Made by a program: the position numbers and the translations under genes
Shown: positions 9,476 to 18,651 of the stretch, one piece after another
How the letters are laid out: the number at the start of each line of letters is the position of its first letter
How positions within the stretch are numbered: position 1 is the first letter of the stretch
Notes under the pieces: generated by a model
What the model was told of the DNA's origin: nothing
The model's database searches: none
Seen by the model: the letters and a program-made list of their open reading frames with translations, nothing else
NCBI GenBank assembly: GCA_035546615.1
Contig: DASZWM010000006.1
Span: forward strand, 144,417-208,416
Reading direction: 5' to 3'
DNA length: 64,000 bases
DNA from: Minisyncoccota bacterium
Lineage (GTDB): Bacteria; Patescibacteriota; Minisyncoccia; Phycocordibacterales; SBAW01

Positions 9476-10258
9476 ATGGCTGACAAGCCGCTTATTCCGA
9501 GTGCCGCATTCCATATCGACGAGATCAAGAAGCTCCGGGCCTCCAAGGAGGAGCGGAGGAAGACCTATGAGGCGGGTCTCGCCGAGGATCAGCAGGATAT
9601 CGACGAGCACCTCGAATACCTGCGCGATAATCTCAAAGCCGGGGATACTACTGGCGACCGCATAACCGACCATGTACTGACCCATTGGGGCGGCGACCCC
9701 GAGCGGGAAGAGTGGTATCGGGCTGCAGACGCCCGGCTCAAGGGCCACGGAGGGCAACTCGTACTGACCTTCGCGACCCAGCTGGTCGCAGAAGGTCCGT
9801 TCATCCGGCACATGGAGCACCCCGGGGCCAAACACATCATGGCCCCGCCGCGTCCGGCCAAAAAGCTGGTTACGCATTATCAGCTGGCGGTCCTGACCGG
9901 CGAGGAGCTCGTCTTGACCGATGCCTCGCCGCGCCTGCCGACCAAACAGTACATCGTCTGGTCGGTAAAAGAGGGTAACTCAAGCCCCCCGACCGTCGTC
10001 AACAGCCTCATTCCGAACGAGATGTTGCCGCTGCCGGCGAAGCCGGTATCAGGGGCGAGACCTCCCCAGTTCTCCCATCTTCTTGTCGACATCGACGACG
10101 TCGACGAAGACGTGCCGGTCGACAACCCGCTTTTTGTGGGCGACGAAGAGGTGGGCGAGCTCTTCAAGAAGAACGGCTGGCCCGAGAGCTTCTGGATACA
10201 ATGCCTCAACAAGCTGGGCCGCTACGATCTCGTAGCGCCCGACCATCAGACTGCGTAA
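9476..10258 (+). CDS. Hypothetical protein (260 aa), acidic C-terminus
   Basis: GGAGA Shine-Dalgarno upstream. No recognisable domain. Followed by a terminator. Confidence 0.55.
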   Translation: MADKPLIPSAAFHIDEIKKLRASKEERRKTYEAGLAEDQQDIDEHLEYLRDNLKAGDTTGDRITDHVLTHWGGDPEREEWYRAADARLKGHGGQLVLTFATQLVAEGPFIRHMEHPGAKHIMAPPRPAKKLVTHYQLAVLTGEELVLTDASPRLPTKQYIVWSVKEGNSSPPTVVNSLIPNEMLPLPAKPVSGARPPQFSHLLVDIDDVDEDVPVDNPLFVGDEEVGELFKKNGWPESFWIQCLNKLGRYDLVAPDHQTA

Positions 10259-10275
10259 GCGGTCTCTAACGACAA

Positions 10276-10306
10276 CCCCCGCCGGGTCATACCGACGGGG
10301 TTTTTC
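10276..10306 (+). terminator. Rho-independent terminator (CCCCG...CGGGG-TTTTT)
   Basis: Hairpin followed by a T-run, downstream of the 9476 gene. Confidence 0.6.
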
Positions 10307-10310
10307 TTTG

Positions 10311-10400
10311 CCAGCAAAAAAGAAAAACCGCGCGTCCCCGGTGCCAGGGAACGCGCGGCTCTTGCTTCGGCGTCGGTTGCCGAACTTCCGCCGAAGCGAA
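10311..10400 (-). terminator. Tandem hairpins plus T-run (terminator of the 10403..10744 gene)
   Basis: GCTTCGGCG...CGCCGAAGC and CCGCGCGTTCCC...GGGACGCGCGG hairpins, then TTTTTCTTTTTT on the minus strand. Confidence 0.65.
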
Positions 10401-10402
10401 TG

Positions 10403-10744
10403 TCATGACTCAAGCAGAGGCTCCAGCAGCACTATGCTGAACCCGTCGTCCTTGGGGACGAAGTAGTGCAGCAGATACCACTGCCCGCCGTGCTTGAAGC
10501 GGACGACGGTCCTGGGGCTCCATGCCTCGGGTCCGTCGCCAACCATGATCGTGTCCGCCCCGCACGGCTCCGGAGGAATCACGTCGCCCTTCAGGTCTAC
10601 CGCCAGCGCAATGGCGTCCGGCGCGTTCGGGCAGACGTAGCCCGTCATTTCCACTGGAGGCGGCGTCGGGGGGAGGCATGATAGCACGCCCATACCTGCC
10701 GATAGCACGGCGCCGCAGTACATGACTATCCCTGCTGTCATCAA
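10403..10744 (-). CDS. Small secreted hypothetical protein (signal peptide, 113 aa)
   Basis: N-terminal hydrophobic signal. Pro/Gly-rich mature part. Own terminator. Confidence 0.5.
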   Translation of the reverse strand: MMTAGIVMYCGAVLSAGMGVLSCLPPTPPPVEMTGYVCPNAPDAIALAVDLKGDVIPPEPCGADTIMVGDGPEAWSPRTVVRFKHGGQWYLLHYFVPKDDGFSIVLLEPLLES

Positions 10745-10918
10745 AGAACCTCCCGTACGCTCGGGCCTCCGAGCTCGTACACAAATTATAGCACCGGGTG
10801 AATCTTGAGTGAATAGAGGGCATGGAAGGTCGGCAAAACCCCTAAAAAGCTTTAAAACAAAGGCATATCGCCGTCAATTCACGCGTGTTTCAGGACCCTG
10901 TTTTTTGTCAAGGGACCC

Positions 10919-10950
10919 CTATTGACCCTATTGACAAAAGTATGCTATCA
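10919..10950 (+). promoter_or_regulatory. Putative extended -10 promoter with tandem CCTATTGAC repeat
   Basis: CCTATTGAC occurs twice in tandem (TTGAC -35 boxes). The first TTGACC lies 18 nt from TATCAT, which carries an upstream TG. Confidence 0.4.
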
Positions 10951-11031
10951 TTATCTTATCTCCGGCGTCGAACCGGAGCTTTTGTTTTCTAGGTCCCTAA
11001 CCCGTTCCCGTGCCCCGTTCCCACGCCCCTT

Positions 11032-11469
11032 ATGAACATCACTGCTAGCGTCGCTATCGCAGTCTCCGCAGCGTTCAATGTGACCCCTGCGCAGATGCCG
11101 CCCCTGCCGGCTCCGATGCCCCAGGTGCAGACCGTTAAGGAGTATGTAGAACAGTACTTTGCCGACGAGCCCATCCTTGCCGCTATCGCGTCCTGCGAGT
11201 CGCAGTACCGCCAGTTCGACAAGAACGGCGACGTTCTCAAGAACAGCGCGGGCAGCTCGGCGGTAGGTCTCTTCCAGATTATGTCGTCCATCCACTCGGA
11301 CTTCGCTGACGACAAGCTCGGCCTCGACATCAATACGCTCCAGGGTAACGCCGCCTACGCGCGCTACCTGTACGACAAGCAGGGCCTCAAGCCTTGGGAA
11401 GCGTCCAAAGCGTGCTGGTCCAAGAGCCAGGCATACAAGAATATGCAGGCTCTCGCCCTCAATAAGTAA
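11032..11469 (+). CDS. Lytic transglycosylase (SLT-domain)-like secreted protein
   Basis: Signal peptide. Catalytic-Glu motif CESQY, then GLFQIM and AAYARYLY (SLT-like E-S / GLMQ / AYN pattern). Confidence 0.6.
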   Translation: MNITASVAIAVSAAFNVTPAQMPPLPAPMPQVQTVKEYVEQYFADEPILAAIASCESQYRQFDKNGDVLKNSAGSSAVGLFQIMSSIHSDFADDKLGLDINTLQGNAAYARYLYDKQGLKPWEASKACWSKSQAYKNMQALALNK

Positions 11470-11492
11470 AACAGCATAAGTAATCTAAAACA

Positions 11493-11524
11493 AAAACCGT
11501 CCGGCTAACCCCGGGCGGTTTTTG
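11493..11524 (+). terminator. Rho-independent terminator
   Basis: CCGTCCGG-ctaacc-CCGGGCGG followed by TTTTT. Confidence 0.8.
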
Positions 11525-11698
11525 TATAGTAAGGGTCAAAAAGGAAAGGGGCCGGTCCGAAGACTGGCCCCATACATGGTAAGACGTCGAGACGTCCCGC
11601 GCCCTGAACGCTTTCAAAGCGGCCCACGCACCTTTATAGCGTACTGCATGCGGCACACAATCGCCAAGCGGGGATAGTGGATATGCTAGAATACGGGT

Positions 11699-12214
11699 AT
11701 GAAAAAGCATCTTGCCTTGTTCGCCATTGGCGCCGTGTTCCTGCTTCCTCAGCCGGCCGCCGCCGCTTCTCTTACTCAGGCGCAGGTAATCGCCATCGTG
11801 AGCCTGCTCCAGTCCTTTGGCGCGGATTCCTCCGTTATCGCCAACGTCCAGAAGTCGCTGGGGGGCACTTCCATAACCGTTTCCAATACCTGCAAATCGA
11901 ACCTGGTCGTTACGGCCGACACCGATACGGTCAATCTCAAGGTAGATAATTCCAAGGACCGCGGCAACGTGGTATTCACCCTCGATATAACCTCCTGCAA
12001 GTCCTTCACTTCAAGTGCTGTACATATGCTCTTCGACAAAAGGGAAGCGTATCTGCCTATAGACACCAGCGGCACCAAGCAAAGCGACGGCACTTGGCGC
12101 TCCACCACCGACGCTACCGCAAGCGGCTCGATGTTCCGCACGACAGGGGAGCATCTGGTCATCTTCGACTACCAAGGCCTCACCACGAGCCTCGTCATCA
12201 ACGTCAAACCGTAA
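11699..12214 (+). CDS. Secreted hypothetical protein (171 aa, signal peptide, Thr/Ser-rich)
   Basis: Canonical signal peptide with AAAAS cleavage-like site. Confidence 0.55.
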   Translation: MKKHLALFAIGAVFLLPQPAAAASLTQAQVIAIVSLLQSFGADSSVIANVQKSLGGTSITVSNTCKSNLVVTADTDTVNLKVDNSKDRGNVVFTLDITSCKSFTSSAVHMLFDKREAYLPIDTSGTKQSDGTWRSTTDATASGSMFRTTGEHLVIFDYQGLTTSLVINVKP

Positions 12215-12300
12215 TACGTTAAAATATTGACGATTCCACATATTTTGTGGTATTTTGTCCCTTGGCTAGATTTAACCAAGCGCCGAAGGACGCATAGTAA

Positions 12301-12660
12301 ATGCCGCAGATTACGCTTTGGTGCCTTCCGCATATGTCGGAAGGAAAACTGCGCGAGCTTCATAAGAGTGTCGTTGCAGCAGCGGTCAGCATCAAGGAGC
12401 TCGGACTCAAGGACGAGAACGATTTCCTGACCGTTTTTCCGGTCGATATGATGGAATACGGTCTCGGTACCGAGATCATGGTCCAGGTGTCGGAGCTCTG
12501 GGACAAGCCGGAGCGTACGCCTGAGGTCCGCAACCGCCTCGCTCAAGCGCTGGGCAAGGCGGTCAAGGAACTGTTCCCAGGTGCGCTCGTTGCAGCCCGC
12601 ATCGACCCGCCCTTCAGCCCGAAAGAACATGGATTCTGGGCGTCAAATATGCCGGAATAA
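12301..12660 (+). CDS. Hypothetical protein, possible tautomerase-superfamily fold (N-terminal Pro1)
   Basis: Starts MPQITL with a beta-alpha-beta-like pattern. Assignment is weak. Confidence 0.45.
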   Translation: MPQITLWCLPHMSEGKLRELHKSVVAAAVSIKELGLKDENDFLTVFPVDMMEYGLGTEIMVQVSELWDKPERTPEVRNRLAQALGKAVKELFPGALVAARIDPPFSPKEHGFWASNMPE

Positions 12661-12663
12661 TAC

Positions 12664-12720
12664 CGGCCGACGAATGAAAAGCCTTCCGGCGATTCACTTC
12701 GTCGGCCGGCTTTTCTTTTA
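12664..12720 (+). terminator. Rho-independent terminator (12-bp stem)
   Basis: CCGGCCGACGAA...TTCGTCGGCCGG followed by CTTTTCTTTT. Confidence 0.8.
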
Positions 12721-12856
12721 TATAAGCAGGGAAGTGGCTTCCCTCTTTGTGGCGAGAAAATAGAGTAGGTGGAAATCCCGCTTTATAATTTTAGATTATT
12801 CCCAGATCTTTGAGTTTCTAAGGTAAGAATCCCTACCTGTCTTTATCGTAGAAACC

Positions 12857-13915
12857 CTATCCGTTCTTGGCAAGCTTGTCGGTGTTGGAAGGGTTTCCCG
12901 CACCACTGTTCTTAGGGGGTTTATTGTCAGATCCTCCACCGTCACTAACTTTATCTTTTTCTTTTCCATTTTCGTTACCCGGTTTAATTATACTTGCTTT
13001 ATCTTGTTTTTGTAAAAGTTTATCAATAAAGCCTGTTATATCATCACTCCCATCATCTACGAGCATAAGATGGATAGAAAGTTTTTCCAGAGACTTCTTA
13101 TATTCTTCACTAAATGGCATCTCATCAGCTTTAATTACATTAGGTAAATAGGACTTGAGAAGGCTATAGTCTACGACGTATCCGTGGTCAGGGCAGTCGT
13201 ATGCTAGGAAATCAATAAAGTTATCGACCTTAGCTTGCTCCATCTCACTGTATTGAGTAAGAATCCGCTTAGCATACATTCTCCCAACATCTAGAGAGCG
13301 AGTCATTGTGCCGAGCTCTATTGTTTCCACTTTCTGAAGAAGGGGTTGATAGAATTTTGCAGAATAATCCAGCAACATTTCGGCAAGGGGTTTTCTCCCG
13401 ATTTTCAATATCTCCTCAGTGACTTTCTTTTTAGAACGAAGTTGGTTGAACATTTCGAGCATACCTTGTCTTGAGCGAGCCTCAATTTGTAAGAGACTGG
13501 CTTGTACATTCAAAGCGGATGACCACTGGCCTTCGGGGTCTGTGTCATCATCCTTCTTGACTTGTACGTCAATTGGTCCAAGTTCGCCGAAGTCACCAAG
13601 AACGACTCGGCTCGCGCCGAGAGTAAATATAGTGGCGGCGCTTTTTGCCCAAAACGGGATTACGACATTTACAATATCGAACTTCTCACGAAATGTTCTT
13701 ATTAACCGATAGGCATCGTCAGCTTGTCCTCCTCCAGATTGAAGGATTATATCTACTTCTGCGCTATGTGGGGTGTCTTGCAGACTCCTTCGGACTCTTA
13801 CTACATTGATGCCACCGATTCCACCAAAGTAGACAAAAGTAGGTATTTCTCCTCTTAAATTTTGCAACACTTTAACCTCGGTGAGTACTTTTGGAATATC
13901 TCTCATCTCGGACAT
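12857..13915 (-). CDS. S49/SDH-family (ClpP-class) serine protease, in an AT-rich islet
   Basis: GGIGG...LQSGGGQADDAYRLIRTF...PFWAKSAATIFTLGA resembles the serine dehydrogenase proteinase / SppA-like family. Gene GC (~40%) is far below the window average. Confidence 0.6.
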   Translation of the reverse strand: MSEMRDIPKVLTEVKVLQNLRGEIPTFVYFGGIGGINVVRVRRSLQDTPHSAEVDIILQSGGGQADDAYRLIRTFREKFDIVNVVIPFWAKSAATIFTLGASRVVLGDFGELGPIDVQVKKDDDTDPEGQWSSALNVQASLLQIEARSRQGMLEMFNQLRSKKKVTEEILKIGRKPLAEMLLDYSAKFYQPLLQKVETIELGTMTRSLDVGRMYAKRILTQYSEMEQAKVDNFIDFLAYDCPDHGYVVDYSLLKSYLPNVIKADEMPFSEEYKKSLEKLSIHLMLVDDGSDDITGFIDKLLQKQDKASIIKPGNENGKEKDKVSDGGGSDNKPPKNSGAGNPSNTDKLAKNG

Positions 13916-14357
13916 AATATCTCTGTAGAGGCGCCTTGTAAATCAACATGCGTTTTGAGAAGGGAAATGGATTATGCTGTAAAGACTTTATGATCCCGAG
14001 TTCATTGATAAACAAAAGGATTCTATCCGGGGAAGGGGTGCGGATTATTCTAGCCGAGATTCCCGGCCCTCTCTAGGTTAAAAGGTATATATAGGTCGCA
14101 AAAGGTATATTGTGCGACGTATCTACCCTTTAACTAATCCCGCACGCGGCGGGCTTCCCCATTTGATTTGCATCACTCAATTAAGTTTCCGCAGCGTATC
14201 AGTTTTTAACAATCTCCTTCCAGATCTGCGCTGTGCTTTTTCAACGAACTGGGTACTCCCCTGAACACAATAGTCGGACAGGGGAGCAAGTCCAGTTTTA
14301 AGGGGGGGGGTATAAACTCCTCCTTTGCTTCCCTGCCCCAGCTTTCCCTTATGCCTA

Positions 14358-14387
14358 TTGACATACTTTATAATGATATGTTATGAT
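14358..14387 (+). promoter_or_regulatory. Sigma70 promoter TTGACA-18-TATGAT
   Basis: Lies upstream of the AAGGAGG Shine-Dalgarno and the ATG at 14421. Confidence 0.5.
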
Positions 14388-14420
14388 ACATGAACGGAAA
14401 GTTCATTGAAGGAGGTGACT

Positions 14421-14672
14421 ATGACGGAACGTCGCAGGAACATCCCGAAGGGCAAGACGAGAGTCATCGGCTGCGATCTCTTCGATCGCAGCGATTACTT
14501 GGTCGGCGACTATCACAAGCGTGAAGACGCTTTCAAGATCGCCGACGAGAAGAACCGCGCTCGCACCGGCTCGATGGATGATGTCTATTACGTCTACGAC
14601 GACACCGGCAAGTACATTCGCGGCGAGGAAGCCGTGAAGGAGCTGACCGGCGGCCTCGGCATCAGTCCGTAG
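14421..14672 (+). CDS. Hypothetical small protein (83 aa)
   Basis: Strong Shine-Dalgarno (AAGGAGGTG). Native GC content. Followed by a terminator. Confidence 0.6.
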   Translation: MTERRRNIPKGKTRVIGCDLFDRSDYLVGDYHKREDAFKIADEKNRARTGSMDDVYYVYDDTGKYIRGEEAVKELTGGLGISP

Positions 14673-14701
14673 GTCGAAGATGGGGCGATAGCGTAGCATT
14701 A

Positions 14702-14732
14702 GGCGGGAGAGAAATCTCCCGCCTTTTCTTTT
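14702..14732 (+). terminator. Rho-independent terminator
   Basis: GGCGGGAGA-gaaa-TCTCCCGCC followed by TTTTCTTTT. Confidence 0.85.
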
Positions 14733-14818
14733 GATACGTTTTGCGACGCCGCTTCAGATAATTGAATTTGTGCGACACTTATAACCTCGCGACCCGGCTG
14801 GTACAATGACTGGTACGC

Positions 14819-15487
14819 ATGCGGTACAAAGATCAGATCCGGGCCCTTCTCTCCCCTGCGGAGCGCGCCGTCTTTAAAAAGTTAAAGACTCCAATGCTTG
14901 TACAGGACTACATTGAGGCCCTCCCCCAGAATTTTTCTTACAAGGCGGGGGACACCTGCCGCTCGGCGCGCCGGATATTGAAGGAAAAGAAGGCCTACTG
15001 CTTTGAGGGGGCGGTATTCGCCGCTGCCCTGCTCGCCTACCATGGCCGCACGCCGTGGCTCCTTGATCTCCAGACCACCAACGACGACGAGGACCACGTG
15101 CTCGCGCTCTTTAAAGAGAACGGGCTGTGGGGCGCCGTCAGCAAGACCAATCATCCGGTCCTGCGCTGGCGCGACCCGGTGTACAAAACGGTGCGCGAGC
15201 TTGCGATGAGCTTTTTCCACGAATACTTTCTGCCCGACACGGGGAAGAAGACGCTCCTTGCGTACTCCAAGCCTTTTGATCTTTCAAAATATAAGCCGGA
15301 GCTGTGGGTCACCTCAGAGAAAAGCCTGGACTGGCTGGCGGAGGACATGGACGCCTCAAAGCACTTCCCCATTGCAGACAAAATCTCGCTTAAGCGAGCG
15401 CGCAAAGCATCGAAGCTTGAGCGCAAGGCACTGATGCTCGAAGAATGGAAACCGAAAACTAATTCTTCATCCCTATCCCCTTTTTGA
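14819..15487 (+). CDS. Hypothetical protein with possible Cys-His-Asp hydrolase signature
   Basis: AYCFEGAVFAAALL (Cys), DHVLALF (His) and downstream acidic residues. Papain/transglutaminase-like fold is a guess. 3' end overlaps the convergent ABC-2 permease by 29 nt. Confidence 0.45.
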   Translation: MRYKDQIRALLSPAERAVFKKLKTPMLVQDYIEALPQNFSYKAGDTCRSARRILKEKKAYCFEGAVFAAALLAYHGRTPWLLDLQTTNDDEDHVLALFKENGLWGAVSKTNHPVLRWRDPVYKTVRELAMSFFHEYFLPDTGKKTLLAYSKPFDLSKYKPELWVTSEKSLDWLAEDMDASKHFPIADKISLKRARKASKLERKALMLEEWKPKTNSSSLSPF

Positions 15488-16232
15488 ACAGCGTGAGGAT
15501 TATGATGAGGAACGCGGCGGTGAGCGCCAGCAATATGCCGAAGGAAAGCCCGACGGGCACGTCCGACTGCCCCAGGAATCCGTAGCGGAACGCGTTGACC
15601 ATATAGAGTATGGGGTTGAAGAGCGACACGGTCTGCCAGAACGGCGGGAACTGCTCTATCGAGTAGAACACTCCCCCGAGGAACGTAAGCGGCGTCAAAA
15701 TGAACGTCGGCACGATGGAAATGGAATCGAACGTATTGGCGAACATCGCGTTGAGGAATCCGGCCAGCGAAAAGAGCACGCAGGTAAGCACGAAGGCGGC
15801 CAGCACGATGAATACGTTGTGGACAACCAGATGCGTGAAGAAGAGCGCCGTTATGAGCACCAGGACCCCGATGACGCAGCCGCGGATGATGCCGGCGGTG
15901 ACGTAGCCCGCCACTATCGTCCAGTTGGGCATCGGCGAGACCATCATTTCCTCGAGGTTCTTCTGGAACTTGGCCATGAACAGGGCGGTGGAGGTATTGC
16001 TGTAGGCGTTCATGATTATCTGCATCATCACCAGGCCCGGGACGATGAACATAATGTATGAAACGCCGTGGACGGCCGGCAGCTGGGAGCCGATGAAGGT
16101 GCCGAAGACCAGGAAGTAGAGCGACGTGGTGATGACGGACGGCAGGAACGTCTGCTGCCACAGGCGGAACATGCGCCATGAGTCCTTGCGGACGACCGTG
16201 AGATACGCGATGAATATTTTTTTAGGGGTCAT
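15459..16232 (-). CDS. ABC-2 family transporter permease
   Basis: Six TM segments. ABC-2 permease pattern. Downstream of, and almost overlapping, the ATPase gene. Confidence 0.8.
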   Translation of the reverse strand: MTPKKIFIAYLTVVRKDSWRMFRLWQQTFLPSVITTSLYFLVFGTFIGSQLPAVHGVSYIMFIVPGLVMMQIIMNAYSNTSTALFMAKFQKNLEEMMVSPMPNWTIVAGYVTAGIIRGCVIGVLVLITALFFTHLVVHNVFIVLAAFVLTCVLFSLAGFLNAMFANTFDSISIVPTFILTPLTFLGGVFYSIEQFPPFWQTVSLFNPILYMVNAFRYGFLGQSDVPVGLSFGILLALTAAFLIIILTLFKKGIGMKN

Positions 16233-16233
16233 A

Positions 16234-16983
16234 TTATATATTTTCCTTCGGGCCGTCGGAATCGATCATCGAGACGAATATGTCCTCCAGGCTCTGGTCG
16301 CCGTGGCGCTTCAAGAGCGACTCCATGCTCTCGCTTGCGAGTATCGCGCCCTTGTTGATGATGGCGATGTTGCGGCACAGGGCCTCGGCCTCCTCCAGAT
16401 AATGCGTGGTGAGGATGATGGTAGTCCCTTCTTTGTTGATGCGGCGCAGATAGTCCCACATCGAGCGGCGCAGCTCAACATCTACGCCCGCCGTCGGCTC
16501 GTCCAATATCAGGAGGCGCGGCTTGTGGATGAGCGCGCGGGCTATCATGAGCCGGCGCTTCATGCCGCCGGAGAGCTTTTGGCCCATCTGGTCCTTCTTG
16601 TCCCACAGCCCGAGCTGCTTGAAGAGCCCTTCCGCCTCCTTGAGCGCCTCGCGGCGCGGGATGCCGTAGTAGCCGGCCTGGTTGACGACGATATCGATGG
16701 CCTTCTCGAAGATGTTGAAGTTGAACTCCTGCGGCACGACGCCGATGTACGATTTCACCTTTTCCGGCTCCGCGTCTATCGAGGCGTCGAAAACCCGCAC
16801 CTCTCCCCCGCTCTTTACCACGAGGCCGGTAAGCACCCCGATAATGGTGGTCTTCCCCGCCCCGTTGGGGCCCAGAAGCGCGAAAAAGTCGCCCTCCGTC
16901 ACGGAAAGGTCTACGCCCCTGAGGGCCTGCGTGCCGCCCTTATAGGTCTTAGTGAGTCCCTTGATAGATACCGCTTCGGACAT
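16234..16983 (-). CDS. ABC transporter ATP-binding protein
   Basis: Walker A GPNGAGKTT, ABC signature LSGGMKRR, Walker B LLILDEPT. Start trimmed to MSEAVSI. Confidence 0.85.
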   Translation of the reverse strand: MSEAVSIKGLTKTYKGGTQALRGVDLSVTEGDFFALLGPNGAGKTTIIGVLTGLVVKSGGEVRVFDASIDAEPEKVKSYIGVVPQEFNFNIFEKAIDIVVNQAGYYGIPRREALKEAEGLFKQLGLWDKKDQMGQKLSGGMKRRLMIARALIHKPRLLILDEPTAGVDVELRRSMWDYLRRINKEGTTIILTTHYLEEAEALCRNIAIINKGAILASESMESLLKRHGDQSLEDIFVSMIDSDGPKENI

Positions 16984-16998
16984 GAAGTCCCAGTATAG

Positions 16999-17026
16999 CA
17001 AAAATCCCCCGGCAGGGGGATTTTTG
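16999..17026. terminator. Bidirectional terminator (perfect 11-bp stem AAAAATCCCCC/GGGGGATTTTT)
   Basis: Hairpin flanked by A- and T-runs, between the DUF378 gene end and the ABC ATPase start. Confidence 0.75.
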
Positions 17027-17049
17027 CGAGAGGATAGTCCCGAACGGGA

Positions 17050-17259
17050 TTACATCATCTTCTTCCAGTCCAGCAGCGCCCAGACGCCGGCGAGGCCGAC
17101 GAGGACATAGACTACTGCCTCAACCTGCATCCACGCCCCGAGGAGCAGGTGGACGACGTTCCAGTCCGCGCCGCCAACGAGCCAGCCGAGGCCCACAAGG
17201 CCCCAGTTAAGCGCGCCGACCACGAGAAGGAGGGTTGCGATAGGTTTAAGTGCTTTCAT
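17050..17259 (-). CDS. DUF378-family small membrane protein
   Basis: MKALKPIATLLLVVGALNWGLVG matches the DUF378 signature. Start trimmed to M22. Confidence 0.65.
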   Translation of the reverse strand: MKALKPIATLLLVVGALNWGLVGLGWLVGGADWNVVHLLLGAWMQVEAVVYVLVGLAGVWALLDWKKMM

Positions 17260-17375
17260 AGCAGTTTGTATACGGAAATAGTGAGAGTGTAGGTAAGAAT
17301 CGCGGCTCGACCGCCCGCTCACATCAGTATGAAGCTTTCAGGATGGATTGAAAGGGAGCGCTGTTGATATCTATC

Positions 17376-18647
17376 TTAAAGCGCCGGCAGGTACGACAGC
17401 GGATTGAGATACGCGTTAAGCGGCACTATGGGAATGAATGCGGTGGCTCCGCTGTTGCAGGTGTACTGCTTGAAGGTGACGGCGCTGGCGATATACACGG
17501 TCAGGTGCAGGTGCGGGCCGGTGGCGTAGCCCGTGTCGCCCGAGTAGCCGAGCAGGCTCCCCGTATCGACCCGCTGGCCCTTGGCGACGGCGATGTTCGA
17601 AAGATGCGCGTAGAGGGTCGAGAGGCCGTTGTCATGGCGCACAAGCACCCACTTGCCGTACTGGCAGTACTTCACCGCGCCCTGATTTATCTCCTGCACG
17701 GTGCCCGAAAGCGCGGCTTTGACCGGCGTGCCTATGGATGCTCCGAAGTCTACGCCGTTGTGCCCCTGCCCGCTGTAGGCGCCCGATTGCGCGAAGGCGG
17801 TGTTGCCGAAGTACTGCGTGATGCGGATGCTATCAAGCGGCCAGGCAAGTATTCCCTTCTGCGGCGCCGGCGCGCTGCCGGTGTCCGCGGGGCCCAGGCC
17901 CTGCGCGAGCTTGATGAGCGCGGCCTCGAAGCTCGCCTCTTCCGCCTGCTTCTGCGCGATAAGCGCCTGGTACGCGCTTTCCTTGCTCTTGGTCTGCTCG
18001 AGCAGGGTGCTCTGCTGGGTTTTTGCCAGCGTGAGGCCCTGCTTCTGCTGGCCGAGGTTGCTGTTGAGGCTTGATAGCTCCTTGCGCTTGCTCTCCGCCG
18101 CGCTCTTGTTCACTTCAAGATCGGTCTTCAGGCCCGCGAGCGTGTGGATATGCTCCTGCAGTCCCGTGCGCACGGCCTCAAGCGTCGCCGCGTCGTCGAA
18201 GAACGACGACAGCGTGCCGTTGCCCAGGAGCGTCATGAGGAACGGCTGGTAATCAAGCGTCTGGAGCTCGCGCAAAGAATCCGCCACCTGCGTCTGCGAT
18301 TCGGCGATGCGCTGGGCGGTGGTCTGTATGGTGCCCGAGAGCTGGCCTATCTCGCCGTCCTTCTGCTTTATCTGCGTCTGGGTCAGCGTGATGCTCTTAG
18401 TCAGCTTCTGGATATTGAGGTTGAGCGCGTTGATGGCGTTCTGGAGCGTCTGTTTCTGCTCGGTGGTTGCGTTGAGGTCTTTCTGAAGCGCGGCTATCTC
18501 GTCGCGCAGCTTGGCTATCTGGGCGTTGCTCGCGTCTATCTGCGCCTGGACTTCCTCGTTGGTATCGGCGTGGATGTAGGATATCCCCCCGCCCATGATG
18601 GCGAGCGCAAAAAATCCCGCCGCAATAGCCTTCCCAGCCTGTCGCAT
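17376..18647 (-). CDS. M23 family peptidase with N-terminal coiled-coil (EnvC-like)
   Basis: Long Gln/Leu-rich coiled-coil, then a C-terminal LytM domain (HNGVDF...GDTGYATGPHLH). Confidence 0.8.
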   Translation of the reverse strand: MRQAGKAIAAGFFALAIMGGGISYIHADTNEEVQAQIDASNAQIAKLRDEIAALQKDLNATTEQKQTLQNAINALNLNIQKLTKSITLTQTQIKQKDGEIGQLSGTIQTTAQRIAESQTQVADSLRELQTLDYQPFLMTLLGNGTLSSFFDDAATLEAVRTGLQEHIHTLAGLKTDLEVNKSAAESKRKELSSLNSNLGQQKQGLTLAKTQQSTLLEQTKSKESAYQALIAQKQAEEASFEAALIKLAQGLGPADTGSAPAPQKGILAWPLDSIRITQYFGNTAFAQSGAYSGQGHNGVDFGASIGTPVKAALSGTVQEINQGAVKYCQYGKWVLVRHDNGLSTLYAHLSNIAVAKGQRVDTGSLLGYSGDTGYATGPHLHLTVYIASAVTFKQYTCNSGATAFIPIVPLNAYLNPLSYLPAL

Positions 18648-18651
18648 CCGC

